Assembly: GCA_964234715.1 (NCBI GenBank)
Contig: OZ174276.1
Strand: one strand, 5' to 3'
From: Podarcis melisellensis
Lineage: Eukaryota
DNA: 64,000 nucleotides
Position numbers and translations under genes: made by a program. Position 1 is the first letter of the stretch. Every line of letters starts with the position of its first letter. The notes beneath the pieces were generated by a model. That model was not told the DNA's origin and did no database searches. It saw nothing but the letters and a program-made list of their open reading frames with translations. Positions 63,877 through 64,000 of this stretch are shown here, in pieces.

Positions 63877-63943
63877 ATACAATCAGATACCTCTCTCTGC
63901 ACGACAATAAATACATCAGATACTTCCCAGGACATAGCAAAAG
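63877..63943 (+). CDS. WDR82: WDR82 coding exon 3 (gene continues beyond the window)
   Basis: Acceptor ttcttgtag|, donor |gtaaga. Encodes (D)TIRYLSLHDNKYIRYFPGHSK(R). 67 nt. Confidence 0.96.
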
Positions 63944-64000
63944 GTAAGATGAGTAGTGCACTCGTAATTTTGCTGGTAAAGAAGCAGGAATAACGGTGCA

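Overview
Vertebrate genomic DNA, almost certainly from a squamate and probably a lacertid lizard, judging from Sauria-type SINEs with (ACCTTT)n tails and Squam3-type SINEs with (CTT)n tails. The window holds the conserved miR-135a / GLYCTK / WDR82 / let-7g synteny block. GLYCTK (glycerate kinase) is on the minus strand: 4 coding exons at 42575-42199, 41093-40942, 34275-34100 and 31620-30715, giving 1611 nt / 536 aa with canonical GT-AG junctions and matching phases. WDR82 is on the plus strand: coding exons 1-3 at 53480-53640, 59276-59373 and 63877-63943, running off the window end. Pre-let-7g sits in WDR82 intron 2 (62773-62856). Pre-miR-135a (+, ~21561-21645) lies about 9 kb beyond the GLYCTK stop, convergent with it. 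One CpG island (~52700-53750) lies between the divergent GLYCTK and WDR82 starts. The first ~30 kb has no recognisable protein-coding exon and consists of TE relics and homeodomain-site-rich putative enhancers. Nearly all ORFs in the supplied track are spurious. I found no firmly supported novel biological system. The best leads are: an empty-site/filled-site pair showing three-level TE nesting; tRNA-Asn- and tRNA-Ile-headed SINEs that share a CR1 tail also present in the window; a strong-Kozak uORF overlapping a YY1 motif upstream of WDR82; a probable bidirectional promoter; a whole MITE in the predicted GLYCTK 3' UTR; and two in-frame GLYCTK start codons. Family names and comparisons with human come from memory and were not searched.
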